Both the position numbers and the translations under genes were made by a program. From a virus, in IMG/VR virus record IMGVR_UViG_3300027792_000011: a DNA stretch of 64,000 bases; one strand, given 5' to 3'. The notes below the pieces were generated by a model. It saw only the letters and a program-made list of their open reading frames with translations. It had not been told where the DNA came from and did no database searches. Of this stretch, positions 30,182 to 39,305 are shown in pieces; within the stretch, counting starts at the first letter, position 1; every line of letters starts with the position of its first letter.

Positions 30182-31999
30182 ATGCAGTCAGAACAGATCA
30201 GCGATTACAAGGATTTTTACGTAGATGCCAAGCGAGCTATTGATACTGGAGTCTTCAACCAAGAGGTTGAGGACGAGATCGATCGTATCATGGCCGAGCT
30301 CAATGAAGAGGATGAGGAGATAGCTGAGCTATTCGAGGATGAGGATCAGATACTCACGTCCAAGAGACAGATAGAAGTACTCCCATCAGACTTCACAGAG
30401 TTTGCCATACGCATTCCGGTATCTGGTGATCTGGAGCCTTTCAGCTTCGATCACAGAAGGTACCTCAAGCCGATCTATGATACACCAGCAAGAAGGACAC
30501 TTCTGAAGTGCGCTCGTCAGACCGAGAAGTCGACATCACTTGGTAACAAGAGTCTTGCTTACTGTGGGATCAACTACGGCTTCAAGGTTCTCTATGTCAG
30601 TGCTACGGCAACGCAGGCACAGGTCTTCAGCGTTGATCGTATCAAGGAGCCATTGGACATCTCTCCAGAGATGAGCTTCCTGATCGATACCAAACTGAAT
30701 CAGAACGTTCTATTCAAACAGTTCAAGAATCGATCCCAGATCAGGATCAGGTACGCATTCCTCAATGCAGACCGAACTCGTGGCATTCCAGCGGACATGA
30801 TTCTGATCGATGAGATACAGGACATCTTCTTCAGCAACGTACCTGTCATAGAACAGTGCGCATCCCACTCACAGTGGAAGATCTACTGCTACTCTGGAAC
30901 ACCCAAGAGCCTAGACAACACGATCGAGGTGTACTGGTCCAACTACTCTACTCAGAACGAGTGGATCGTTCCATGTGAACGGCATGGTGTTCCGAGCAAA
31001 CCGAACACCTGGTTCTGGAACATTCTTGGGATCAAGAACATTGGCAGGAAAGGATTGATCTGTGCCAAGTGCGGTCAGCCTATTGATCCAATGCACCCTA
31101 TGGCTAACTGGGCATCCAGGCAACCAGTTACGGAAGAGAATGCGCATAGGGTAACGTTCGAGGGCTACCGTATCTCACAGTTGATGGTCCCTTGGGTAAA
31201 CTGGCAAGACGACATCATCATGGCGCTCGAGCGCTATGGCACAGCTAAGTTCCACAACGAGGTACTTGGTCTGTCATACGATTCAGGTATTCGTCCGCTA
31301 ACCAGAACACAAGTAAGATCATGCTGCAACAAGAACATCCGGCTTAGCTATGTCGTTGAGAATGCACAGAAGTGCTACGGTGGGGTATTCGTTGGCGTGG
31401 ACTGGGGGACCGGAGAGGCTGATTCCTATTCTGTGATCGCATTGGGTGGGTATATGGGTGGGGAGTTCCAGATCTTCTTCGTACACAGATTCATTGGTGA
31501 AGATCTAGAACCACAACGACAGCTACAGATGATCTCGCAACTGCTAGTGTCGGTTCAGTTCAAGCTCATTGGTGCGGACTACGGTGGTGGCTTTGATCGC
31601 AATGACTTCTTGCAGAGAAACTTTGGACCACTGCGTCTAGCCAAGTACCAGTATGCTGGATCACCTAAAGCGAAGGTGAAGTGGCAGCCCAAACTAGGCA
31701 GGTTCATCCTCCACCGTACTGAGGTCATGAGCGACATCTTCAACGCGATCAAGTACAAGAAGATAGCACTGCCCAACTGGGAAGACTTCTCATCTCCGTA
31801 CGCAGACGACATGCTCAACATCTTCAGCGAGTACAATGATCAGCTAAATATGATCCAGTACAAACTGAGCCCTGGAAAGAGTGACGATACTTTCCATGCG
31901 ATCTTGTACTGCTTCCTCGTCTCAATGCTTGCAAAGCCCAGACCCGACATCATCATCCCTCTCCATGCCGGCCACGTTGATTTCCGTAGACCAGGATGA
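30182..31999 (+). CDS. terL: terminase large subunit
   Basis: LKCARQTEKST Walker A, ILIDEIQD Walker B, YSGTP coupling motif, VGVDWG nuclease, DDTFHA. Confidence 0.9.
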   Translation: MQSEQISDYKDFYVDAKRAIDTGVFNQEVEDEIDRIMAELNEEDEEIAELFEDEDQILTSKRQIEVLPSDFTEFAIRIPVSGDLEPFSFDHRRYLKPIYDTPARRTLLKCARQTEKSTSLGNKSLAYCGINYGFKVLYVSATATQAQVFSVDRIKEPLDISPEMSFLIDTKLNQNVLFKQFKNRSQIRIRYAFLNADRTRGIPADMILIDEIQDIFFSNVPVIEQCASHSQWKIYCYSGTPKSLDNTIEVYWSNYSTQNEWIVPCERHGVPSKPNTWFWNILGIKNIGRKGLICAKCGQPIDPMHPMANWASRQPVTEENAHRVTFEGYRISQLMVPWVNWQDDIIMALERYGTAKFHNEVLGLSYDSGIRPLTRTQVRSCCNKNIRLSYVVENAQKCYGGVFVGVDWGTGEADSYSVIALGGYMGGEFQIFFVHRFIGEDLEPQRQLQMISQLLVSVQFKLIGADYGGGFDRNDFLQRNFGPLRLAKYQYAGSPKAKVKWQPKLGRFILHRTEVMSDIFNAIKYKKIALPNWEDFSSPYADDMLNIFSEYNDQLNMIQYKLSPGKSDDTFHAILYCFLVSMLAKPRPDIIIPLHAGHVDFRRPG

Positions 32000-32001
32000 T
32001 C

Positions 32002-32050
32002 AGCTAAGGAAAGGAGCCGAGAGAGGTAGGATCCCGGTTGGGTTCTCGGC
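32002..32050 (-). terminator. terminator with TTAGCT tail
   Basis: GCCGAGA/TCTCGGC stem + TCCTTTCCTTAGCT. Confidence 0.6.
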
Positions 32051-32391
32051 TAGAGATCGATGCAGATAGCACCGGCTTCGGCCTGCCTTATGAGAGGAAG
32101 TGCCCATCCGGAGATGTACTCTACGCAGATGTACTGAGCATCCAGGTGGCAATCGGCGGATATTACCTCTTCCGGCGTTTCGAGGTAGTAGGCCACATCC
32201 AGTTTTCCGTCGTGCATCACTCTGATCGTGAAGCACCCGTTCGCACCTCTACGTCCCAAGAGCTGACAACTCTTGGAACGGATTGGGCGAAGACGCCACC
32301 CCCGCTTACAGGGGTCTGTCTCTGCGGTGTGCCCACTTCCGGCCCACATAAACGCCGGTATCGTCGTGTCTACCTTGAACGTTTTCAGCAT
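32050..32391 (-). CDS. hypothetical protein (cassette)
   Basis: SD AGGAAGG, own promoter and terminator. Confidence 0.7.
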   Translation of the reverse strand: MLKTFKVDTTIPAFMWAGSGHTAETDPCKRGWRLRPIRSKSCQLLGRRGANGCFTIRVMHDGKLDVAYYLETPEEVISADCHLDAQYICVEYISGWALPLIRQAEAGAICIDL

Positions 32392-32413
32392 AACTGCCTT
32401 CCTTTCTACTGAT

Positions 32414-32440
32414 CTTATATACTGATCTAAGTGGGAATTT
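32414..32440 (-). promoter_or_regulatory. phage promoter AAA-N18-TATAAG
   Basis: GAAA-ttcccacttagatcagta-TATAAGATC. Confidence 0.7.
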
Positions 32441-32448
32441 CTATGATC

Positions 32449-32478
32449 AGCTAAGGAAATTTGCCTAGAAGTTAGGCT
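32449..32478 (-). terminator. terminator with TTAGCT tail
   Basis: GCCTA/TAGGC stem + AAATTTCCTTAGCT. Confidence 0.5.
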
Positions 32479-32722
32479 AGGTGGGACTATTGTAAAACTT
32501 TTCCATTTCTTCGATTACGGCGAGTTCTTCTTGAAATGTCAGACAGTGTTTCAAACTACCATATAGTGCGTATCCTGGTCTGTATATCAATGCAACTTGT
32601 CTGCTGCCATGGGAGTTGTTGACTAGCAAGCTGGCGCCTCCGTCTATTTGCTTGAACTCAGGTCTCAATCCAAAGCCGCAGATTCTTGAGCACCTCTTCA
32701 TGATTGTATGAAAGGGTGTCAT
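32477..32722 (-). CDS. hypothetical protein (cassette)
   Basis: SD AAGGAAAG; AT-richer than flanks. Confidence 0.65.
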   Translation of the reverse strand: MTPFHTIMKRCSRICGFGLRPEFKQIDGGASLLVNNSHGSRQVALIYRPGYALYGSLKHCLTFQEELAVIEEMEKFYNSPT

Positions 32723-32735
32723 AGTACTTTCCTTT

Positions 32736-32846
32736 CTATTGATCTGCAGAACGCTTCTTGAAGTACCGTACTACCCTCCATGGGATAGACGGAATGATTA
32801 TGGCCTCTAACAAGTCCAGAATACATTCGATGATCTTTTGCATCAT
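32736..32846 (-). CDS. 36-aa peptide MMQKIIECILDLLEAIIIPSIPWRVVRYFKKRSADQ
   Basis: SD AAGGAG directly after promoter; below ORF-track cutoff. Confidence 0.55.
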   Translation of the reverse strand: MMQKIIECILDLLEAIIIPSIPWRVVRYFKKRSADQ

Positions 32847-32866
32847 CGATTCTCCTTTCTACTGAT

Positions 32867-32893
32867 CTTATATACTAGATCAGCTCTATATTT
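32867..32893 (-). promoter_or_regulatory. phage promoter AAA-N18-TATAAG
   Basis: AAAA-tatagagctgatctagta-TATAAGATC; 24-bp identity (32853-32876) with 32400-32423. Confidence 0.7.
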
Positions 32894-33025
32894 TACCATG
32901 ACCAGGTAATGAAGAGAGCCGATCTTTTGATCGACTCCCTTCCGGACTCTCGTTGGAGTGCGGTGAGTAGGCGCTGGCCAGGCGCGGGTCAGGGGAGTAG
33001 GCCACTGTCTTCTCCCCTCCCAACT

Positions 33026-33496
33026 CTACTCGGCCTCGGCCTCAGCAGCCTCGTCCTTCTTCGTCGTCTTCTTCTCGGGCTTCTTCTTCGTCGTCTTCTC
33101 GGCCTCGGGCATTGGAACGCCCTGGGACCGTAGATACGCCTGCCCGAACTTGAGCGCCTCTTTGACCACGTCCGCCACCGCCTGCTGATTGCGGATGGCA
33201 TCGAGTGTCGCCTGCACCTCCTCCAACACCTCGTTGCCCATCTCGCAGAGGCGCCCCTCACGCTGATGGCACACCGCTGTGCCCCGAGCGAGGCCGACGG
33301 CCACGCCCGATGCGGCGCCGATCGCCACGTTCAGACCGGTGCTCCCAACCCCGAACGCCTGCTCGATCAGGATGCCGCCGGCGGCGCCCATTGCGCCAGT
33401 CTCGACGGCTTCGGTTGAGACCTCGATCCAATTGTTACGGAGAGTCGAGCCGATGCTGGTCTCGAACCGCGCTTCCTTCTTCTTTTTCTTAGCCAT
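33026..33496 (-). CDS. GC-rich gene for Gly-zipper membrane protein with Lys-rich ends
   Basis: SD GGGAGG; GAMGAAGG/GAASGVAVG segments. Confidence 0.7.
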   Translation of the reverse strand: MAKKKKKEARFETSIGSTLRNNWIEVSTEAVETGAMGAAGGILIEQAFGVGSTGLNVAIGAASGVAVGLARGTAVCHQREGRLCEMGNEVLEEVQATLDAIRNQQAVADVVKEALKFGQAYLRSQGVPMPEAEKTTKKKPEKKTTKKDEAAEAEAE

Positions 33497-33548
33497 GACA
33501 TGCACCTCCCGATACCGGGTAAGATTGATTTCTTTCCGGTTCAATGAT

Positions 33549-33575
33549 CTTATATACAGATCAATGGCTGGATTT
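33549..33575 (-). promoter_or_regulatory. phage promoter AAA-N18-TATAAG
   Basis: GAAAA-tccagccattgatctgta-TATAAGATC. Confidence 0.7.
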
Positions 33576-33580
33576 TCAGT

Positions 33581-34321
33581 TTAGGTGATCTGGAGGTGCC
33601 CTTTACGGCCTGTACTCTTCAACTGCTTGGCTAATTGATCGAAGATCTCTATATCAGAGGCAGCCATCCTAGCTAGAAGCTTTCTGGACGGTCCAAGCTG
33701 GGCTGATTTCTCTACGAACAGTACTGCGATCGTAGACAGGTTCTTCCTGCCGTAGTGGAGTAGATCACGAATACGTTGCAGATTCAGATCAGTCCCTAGG
33801 TTTCTGTTCTCAGCTACGTAACGTGTCATGTCTATGCACAGTCGGTAGAATGTACTCCAGCTATGATCTACGTTCATCATCTCGTTGAGCCGATCGATCT
33901 CCACCTCTGTGATCTTCATGAAGACTTCGGCGTACTTCAGCATCTCTTCGACAACCCAAGCATCCTGACCTGAAGCCAGCATGATGTTCTCGTACAGATT
34001 GTACAGATCAGTATCGTCCATGTGGATGAATCTGGATGCAGCTTGCCCACTCACCTCCAGGATCAGATTTATAGCGTTTTCGAGACGGTGAACCTTCTGT
34101 TCCAGGAAGAGCAAACGTCTAATCAACTCTCCCGGTTTCATTTCGCCGGCGATATTCAGTCTATGAATCTCTGCAAGATCTTCTTGGTGGACCAGGATGT
34201 TGTCTCCATCAGCTCTCCAACGCATGAGACCCTGATCCAAAAGGTCATGCACTTTTTTAGGTGTACACCCAAGAATTTTCGCAGCTTGAGACACTAGAAT
34301 GTACTTGACATCACTTCCCAT
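33581..34321 (-). CDS. excisionase-type helix-turn-helix DNA-binding protein
   Basis: VSQAAKILGCTPKKVHDLLDQGLM HTH followed by coiled coil; divergent from head operon. Confidence 0.7.
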   Translation of the reverse strand: MGSDVKYILVSQAAKILGCTPKKVHDLLDQGLMRWRADGDNILVHQEDLAEIHRLNIAGEMKPGELIRRLLFLEQKVHRLENAINLILEVSGQAASRFIHMDDTDLYNLYENIMLASGQDAWVVEEMLKYAEVFMKITEVEIDRLNEMMNVDHSWSTFYRLCIDMTRYVAENRNLGTDLNLQRIRDLLHYGRKNLSTIAVLFVEKSAQLGPSRKLLARMAASDIEIFDQLAKQLKSTGRKGHLQIT

Positions 34322-34393
34322 TAGATCTCTCGTGTGCTACGTTGATGGTATCAGAGACACGGCCGGACGTGTATCTCGAGAAGGAGACCGGCC

Positions 34394-35302
34394 ATGACGA
34401 GGGATCGACATATGATAGGAGCACAGGCAGCGCACTTCACGATGGCTGAAGGATCTCATCGTGAGGTACAGCCGGAGCGGCTCCAAATGCTTGGCAAGCG
34501 GGCTAGTGCCATGTTCGTCGAGCAGGGGATCCCGCTGACCGATGCTGTAGTTCGTGTTCTCTCAGAGGAAAGTGGTCTGAATCGCAATCATGTCCAACGT
34601 GTGACTGAATTTGCGAACAACTACGCCTTTGAGGGATTGTTCAACAAGGAAGCCAGTGATCATAGAGTCATTGACTTCGGAGAGCATGGACCAGCAGATA
34701 CGGCAGAGGTTCTGAAGGAGCTCAATTCAGTGGGTCGAGAGCAGATCAAAACGGCTGCAAGGCAGCCTACGATCAGCCGGCGCTTTGTTCCAGGACAAGA
34801 TAGCGCACAAGAGAGCTACGCTCTTACGAAGACCGCTGCCGCTGCACCAGCTTACCAGTATGTGGATCCGTATCGGGAGCTGGGAGAGCTGCGAGACGAC
34901 GTGAAGCGAGCAAAAGAAGAAATGCTCGAGAAGGTCAGTCAGGCTGGTCTGGAGTACGAAGCAGCTTGCAGATCGCTGTATGACCTGACCAAACAGGCGG
35001 TGCTGGGTGGATACTCTCCAGCAGATGTCACTGTTGCATTTCTGCAGACGGCCGTAGATCGGTCGCTGGTGAAGCTTGCTCTGAAAGAGATTGCACAGCG
35101 TATGGATCTGGATCAGATTCCGGCTGTGCCGATGACCAAGCAAGCTTCGGCTCGCCAGGTCAACCCAAAACACCCGCTCATGGGGGCCTTCAGTGCCTTC
35201 ACGAAGACGGCAGTAGACTACTTCGGCAAGATCAAAGCTGCTGAGGATCTCACGAAGCAGTACGGTGTTGTCGATCGAAAGCTGCGGGGTATGATCCAAT
35301 GA
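34394..35302 (+). CDS. putative head/core protein rich in K-x-A sites
   Basis: NKEAS, IKTAA, TKTAA, TKQAS, TKTAV. Confidence 0.7.
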   Translation: MTRDRHMIGAQAAHFTMAEGSHREVQPERLQMLGKRASAMFVEQGIPLTDAVVRVLSEESGLNRNHVQRVTEFANNYAFEGLFNKEASDHRVIDFGEHGPADTAEVLKELNSVGREQIKTAARQPTISRRFVPGQDSAQESYALTKTAAAAPAYQYVDPYRELGELRDDVKRAKEEMLEKVSQAGLEYEAACRSLYDLTKQAVLGGYSPADVTVAFLQTAVDRSLVKLALKEIAQRMDLDQIPAVPMTKQASARQVNPKHPLMGAFSAFTKTAVDYFGKIKAAEDLTKQYGVVDRKLRGMIQ

Positions 35303-35652
35303 TCGAGAAGTCAGCCCGCCTCATGGCCGCAGACCTGTTGGTGCGCAAAGAAAAAACAGCAGACGCTATGGGCACCATTGGTAAGGGCATTTCAGGGGCC
35401 GCCAAGGGTGTATGGAACGTTACGGGCGCAGCTACGCGTGGCGCCGCCGAAGAACTCGGCAAATACGGTCCAGTAGGCAAGATCGTTGGCGGTGGAGTCC
35501 GAGCTGCACCAGTAGTCGGAACTGTTGCTGCGGCAGACTATGCTGCAGGAGATCCAGCAGGTAAGCATCTTCGAGAGAAGCTCGATGAGTTTCGTGCTCG
35601 TCGTGCTATGCAACAGGCTGTGTACGATCCACAGTCGGGGATGATGTACTGA
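35299..35652 (+). CDS. Gly-rich amphipathic candidate cargo protein
   Basis: IEKSAR, KEKTAD, then Gly/Ala-rich helix. Confidence 0.65.
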   Translation: MIEKSARLMAADLLVRKEKTADAMGTIGKGISGAAKGVWNVTGAATRGAAEELGKYGPVGKIVGGGVRAAPVVGTVAAADYAAGDPAGKHLREKLDEFRARRAMQQAVYDPQSGMMY

Positions 35653-36122
35653 TGCGTGATCCAGTAACAGAATTCCTTGGCATTGAGAAGTGTGCCGGTT
35701 GGGGCGAGTTTGCTGGACAAGCCGCTGTCACCGCTGGTCTCATTGGAGTCGGTCACGTAGCAGACGAAGTGTATAGCAGAGTCAGCAATTCAATCGGCAG
35801 GGCTCAAGGGTTCAGACGTATGCTGGAGCATAATCCTGAGCTAGCCAAAGAAGATCGTGCGAAGGTACAAACGCTATACAACACTCTCCATAACGTGAGT
35901 CCATCACTCGCCCGTGATCCTCTAGTGGCAAACTCTTGGGTCAAGCGGATGATGTACCAGGATGAGTACGTTGATCCGAAGACTTTGAGTGATCTTGCCA
36001 CGGCAGAGCAGAGAATGGGTCAGGCCGCTGGCTATGGAGATAGATTCTCTGGCATGATGACGGAGGGAGTGAAATCCACTATTGGTGGGAGACAATTTCC
36101 GTGGATGCCTCAGAGGCCGTAG
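35652..36122 (+). CDS. putative head protein
   Basis: EFLGIEKCAG leader then hydrophobic segment. Confidence 0.65.
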   Translation: MRDPVTEFLGIEKCAGWGEFAGQAAVTAGLIGVGHVADEVYSRVSNSIGRAQGFRRMLEHNPELAKEDRAKVQTLYNTLHNVSPSLARDPLVANSWVKRMMYQDEYVDPKTLSDLATAEQRMGQAAGYGDRFSGMMTEGVKSTIGGRQFPWMPQRP

Positions 36123-36128
36123 TGCGCC

Positions 36129-38063
36129 ATGATCATCAAACAGTGTCAGTTTTCGGGATGTGATAACCACGGTGTTCATGTTCACCTAGTTCATCCTGGT
36201 TACGACAACGAGCAGCTAGTCAAAACAGCTGCCGCTTCTCCCCCGCAGCTTGAGATCATCCAACGACATTTGAAGAGTATGAGCCGTGCTGACGGAGTGC
36301 TCTACACTCTAGTGAGCGCTCTCGGTGCAGGTGAATACTGGGGATCGAATAGCAACGCGGACTGGTTCGGTACAGATGCTCTTCTGCATGTTCCTCCCGA
36401 CTGGGACTTGATGCCTGCCAATCAGCAGAGGTTGATGGGGCAGAGATGGCAGTGGGGCTACCCCACCTTCTACAATGCGTACGCGTATCAGCATCATGTG
36501 AACAAAGATCCAGCTCGAGCATTCGGCAACATCGAGTATGTCTTGTGGGACTCTCGGATGAAGAGAGTGCTCTTGATAGTTGGAGTAGATCGTCGCAAAG
36601 CGCAAGAGATAGGTGCCCAAGGTATTGTCGATCGAATTGAGAATGGGGAGTATCCAGATGTCTCCATGGGATGCAAAGTCCCATTCGACGTTTGTTCGAT
36701 CTGTGGGGATATGGATTTCCTTCGTCCATTCTTGGGCAAGCCCGCTGACATTGTGCGCATGCACAAGCAGAAGCCGATTCGGGGAGTCAGCACAACAACA
36801 GAAGAGTATTGTCAGCACCTAAAGTTCGAGCTGAACAAGATCTACCCAGATGGGCAACGAGTGATGATGCTCAATGTCCACCCGAGATTCTTCGATCTCA
36901 GTTTCGTATTCATTGGTGCCGACAAGACGAGCAAGATGATAGCTAAGTTGGCTGCTGGACAATGTCCAATAAGGTTGAGCGCACCGATCTGCAAACACGG
37001 ATGTACACAATGTAAGAACGGTGCTGTTCCCTCTCCACATGTGCATGAGGTATGGTCGAAGGAGAAGGCCGCATCTGATCACAGTTGGGAGATCATGACC
37101 GGAGCTCCAGTCGAAATGGATCATGACGATCGATTCTCTTCTACTCTCAAAGCTCCTTACGTAGCGAAGCCTCCAACCGTAACAGCTGAGATGGTCAAAG
37201 AAGCGTACGGGGATTATGGGCTCGAAGAGTTCGAAGAGGAACCTGGAGCTGCAGAACCGGTAGCCAACTACTTCAAGAAACGTATTGGCGGAAGAATGAT
37301 CAAGAAGTCGGAGATAGCCAAAAGGGTATCTTCGCACTTCGGAAGATCAATGCCTTCTATTGAACGTAGTGAGCAGGACATTCCACATCACATTCAGGAT
37401 GAGATGGCTGAAGATCTTCCTCATAGCCTCAGCTCTGCTGGTGGTCTAGGGATCGTTGTGAAGCCGCGAGAGTTCCAGAGGATGATGTTGATCTCTTCTG
37501 GACACCGTAACTTGGCAGAAGATCTCGATGGGCAAGGAGCATCCTTCTGTCCTGGTGCTCCTATGGATCGTGGGTTCGGAATAGCCGACAGAGTCATTCC
37601 CAGGATCCTGGAAGCCTTGATGCCTTTGATTCACGATCGTAGTTCCTTCGGTCCTGCTCTCCACAAGAGGATTACAATCGTCATCCAGAAATCTCCACAT
37701 GAGCACGAAGGGCACTCAATGCATCATGTAGGTGGAGATCTCATGGATAAAATCAGTAGTGCATATACGTCTTATAGACGTGGACTGATCTATAAGACCG
37801 CTAGTCTCGTTTCCCAGGCTTTGAATGAGAAACCAGAGATCTTGAATCAACTGTACGGTGGTGATCTGGTTCGAGCGTTCGGTGGGGGTCTTGTCAAAGC
37901 TGGGGGCAATGTGATGGAATCTTTGATTGGAGGCATGCTACCTTTGATCTACTTGAATCAGGCGCACTTTGGTGGACCTGTATCCGAGTACGTTCAAGGA
38001 CACCTCGATCTTGATGGGCTCATCAAAGCAGGTGGGCTCGCAACTTGCGGCGGGTTGGCGTAG
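36129..38063 (+). CDS. prohead maturation protease (HK97/assemblin-type) with Cys insert
   Basis: HH..KDP...G.I, VSMGC (putative catalytic Ser), CSICG, FFDLSFV..GAD; upstream of scaffold-like and capsid genes. Confidence 0.75.
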   Translation: MIIKQCQFSGCDNHGVHVHLVHPGYDNEQLVKTAAASPPQLEIIQRHLKSMSRADGVLYTLVSALGAGEYWGSNSNADWFGTDALLHVPPDWDLMPANQQRLMGQRWQWGYPTFYNAYAYQHHVNKDPARAFGNIEYVLWDSRMKRVLLIVGVDRRKAQEIGAQGIVDRIENGEYPDVSMGCKVPFDVCSICGDMDFLRPFLGKPADIVRMHKQKPIRGVSTTTEEYCQHLKFELNKIYPDGQRVMMLNVHPRFFDLSFVFIGADKTSKMIAKLAAGQCPIRLSAPICKHGCTQCKNGAVPSPHVHEVWSKEKAASDHSWEIMTGAPVEMDHDDRFSSTLKAPYVAKPPTVTAEMVKEAYGDYGLEEFEEEPGAAEPVANYFKKRIGGRMIKKSEIAKRVSSHFGRSMPSIERSEQDIPHHIQDEMAEDLPHSLSSAGGLGIVVKPREFQRMMLISSGHRNLAEDLDGQGASFCPGAPMDRGFGIADRVIPRILEALMPLIHDRSSFGPALHKRITIVIQKSPHEHEGHSMHHVGGDLMDKISSAYTSYRRGLIYKTASLVSQALNEKPEILNQLYGGDLVRAFGGGLVKAGGNVMESLIGGMLPLIYLNQAHFGGPVSEYVQGHLDLDGLIKAGGLATCGGLA

Positions 38064-38135
38064 GTCCCAGAGGACCGAGGAATCGTCCTCGCCTGTTGGT
38101 TCGGAACTAAACACTCAGTAAGGGAGAATAGATCA

Positions 38136-38993
38136 ATGAACGAGTTCCTGGCAGGCTACTATGGGACGGACGCTAACGGCGGCAATGGTGACGCGGACGC
38201 CCTCGAGAAGATGGCTCAACTCACTCTCCTGGTCAAAGAAGCTGAGGAGAATGACATCGACATCTCTTCGCTTTCGGACGAAGAGGCCATGCAGCTTGCG
38301 GAAGAGCTGTACGGCGATGATGGCTCCGATGCTGGTGAGCAGACCGGAGAAGAGGACCTCGAGAAGGAGGCGCAAGCCAAGTTCGAGGAGGCCGACTTCC
38401 TGGGTCGAGTGATGGCCCATTCCATGTGGCAAGAGCTCGACAGCATCCAGAAAGAAGCTGGTGCGGTTGGAGAAGCTGCCGGAAAGGCATGGAAGTGGAT
38501 GAGGGCCGCTCCCGGAAAAGCTCACAAGGCGACTCTTGGCCGCCTCGGAGAGGCAGCCGCTGAAGCAGCCGAGAAGGGCACTGCTGGAAGGATCGCTGCG
38601 CAGCCGGGCCGTATGAGGAAGCAATACGGTGTCGAGAAGGCCCGAAAGATGCGCAAGGGCGAGTTCACCGAATCAGAAGCAGCCAAGATCATGAGGCGTG
38701 GCCGACAGGCCAACATCGCTACGCAAGCCGGTGCTGCTACTCTCGGAACAGCAGCACTCGCCGGTGGAGGCGTAGCCGCACACAAGGCTCTCAAGAAGAA
38801 AGGCTCCGCTCTCAACTCCTTGATCGAGCAACGAGCCATCGAACATCTCGCCGCAGCCGGCTACGTTGATCAACAGGGCAATGTCTACGCTGCTGTCGAG
38901 AAAACAGCGGCCGACAATGACTTCAACATGATGGTCGACAAGGCCGCCCTCGAGCTCCTCGAGCAGAACGGCTACCCGGTTCAGTGGCGGTAG
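38136..38993 (+). CDS. scaffold-like protein with basic insert
   Basis: acidic N-terminus; LEKMAQ, LEKEAQ, IQKEAG, VEKTAA. Confidence 0.65.
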   Translation: MNEFLAGYYGTDANGGNGDADALEKMAQLTLLVKEAEENDIDISSLSDEEAMQLAEELYGDDGSDAGEQTGEEDLEKEAQAKFEEADFLGRVMAHSMWQELDSIQKEAGAVGEAAGKAWKWMRAAPGKAHKATLGRLGEAAAEAAEKGTAGRIAAQPGRMRKQYGVEKARKMRKGEFTESEAAKIMRRGRQANIATQAGAATLGTAALAGGGVAAHKALKKKGSALNSLIEQRAIEHLAAAGYVDQQGNVYAAVEKTAADNDFNMMVDKAALELLEQNGYPVQWR

Positions 38994-39009
38994 TCGGATA
39001 AGTCGGAAT

Positions 39010-39291
39010 ATGGAGCTGACCATGTTGCATGCCTTGGTAGATGAGATGACGAAGATCTGTGCAGTCTCGTCACCATCTATCAAGGCTCCACCTACTCCTG
39101 GTGGGGTGAACGGCAATATGAGCGCTAAGCCACAAGGACCAGTGCCCATAGGCAAGATCACCGGAAAAGCACTTGGTGGCACCAATCTGATGAAGACCAA
39201 CTACACTACTGCAAACACGAGAGCGCAGGCACCAGACATCGCTCTGACCTCTGAACAGAAGGCCCTTACGCCTCCGGTGGTCAGATCGTAG
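39010..39291 (+). CDS. small tagged protein
   Basis: LVDEMTKICA leader. Confidence 0.6.
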   Translation: MELTMLHALVDEMTKICAVSSPSIKAPPTPGGVNGNMSAKPQGPVPIGKITGKALGGTNLMKTNYTTANTRAQAPDIALTSEQKALTPPVVRS

Positions 39292-39305
39292 GGAGGTCCA
39301 ATATC

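Larger units (their letters stand above)
31996..32459. repeat. 17-bp direct repeat ATGATCAGCTAAGGAAA (31996-32012, 32443-32459) flanking a gene cassette
   Basis: exact match read from sequence. Confidence 0.8.
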
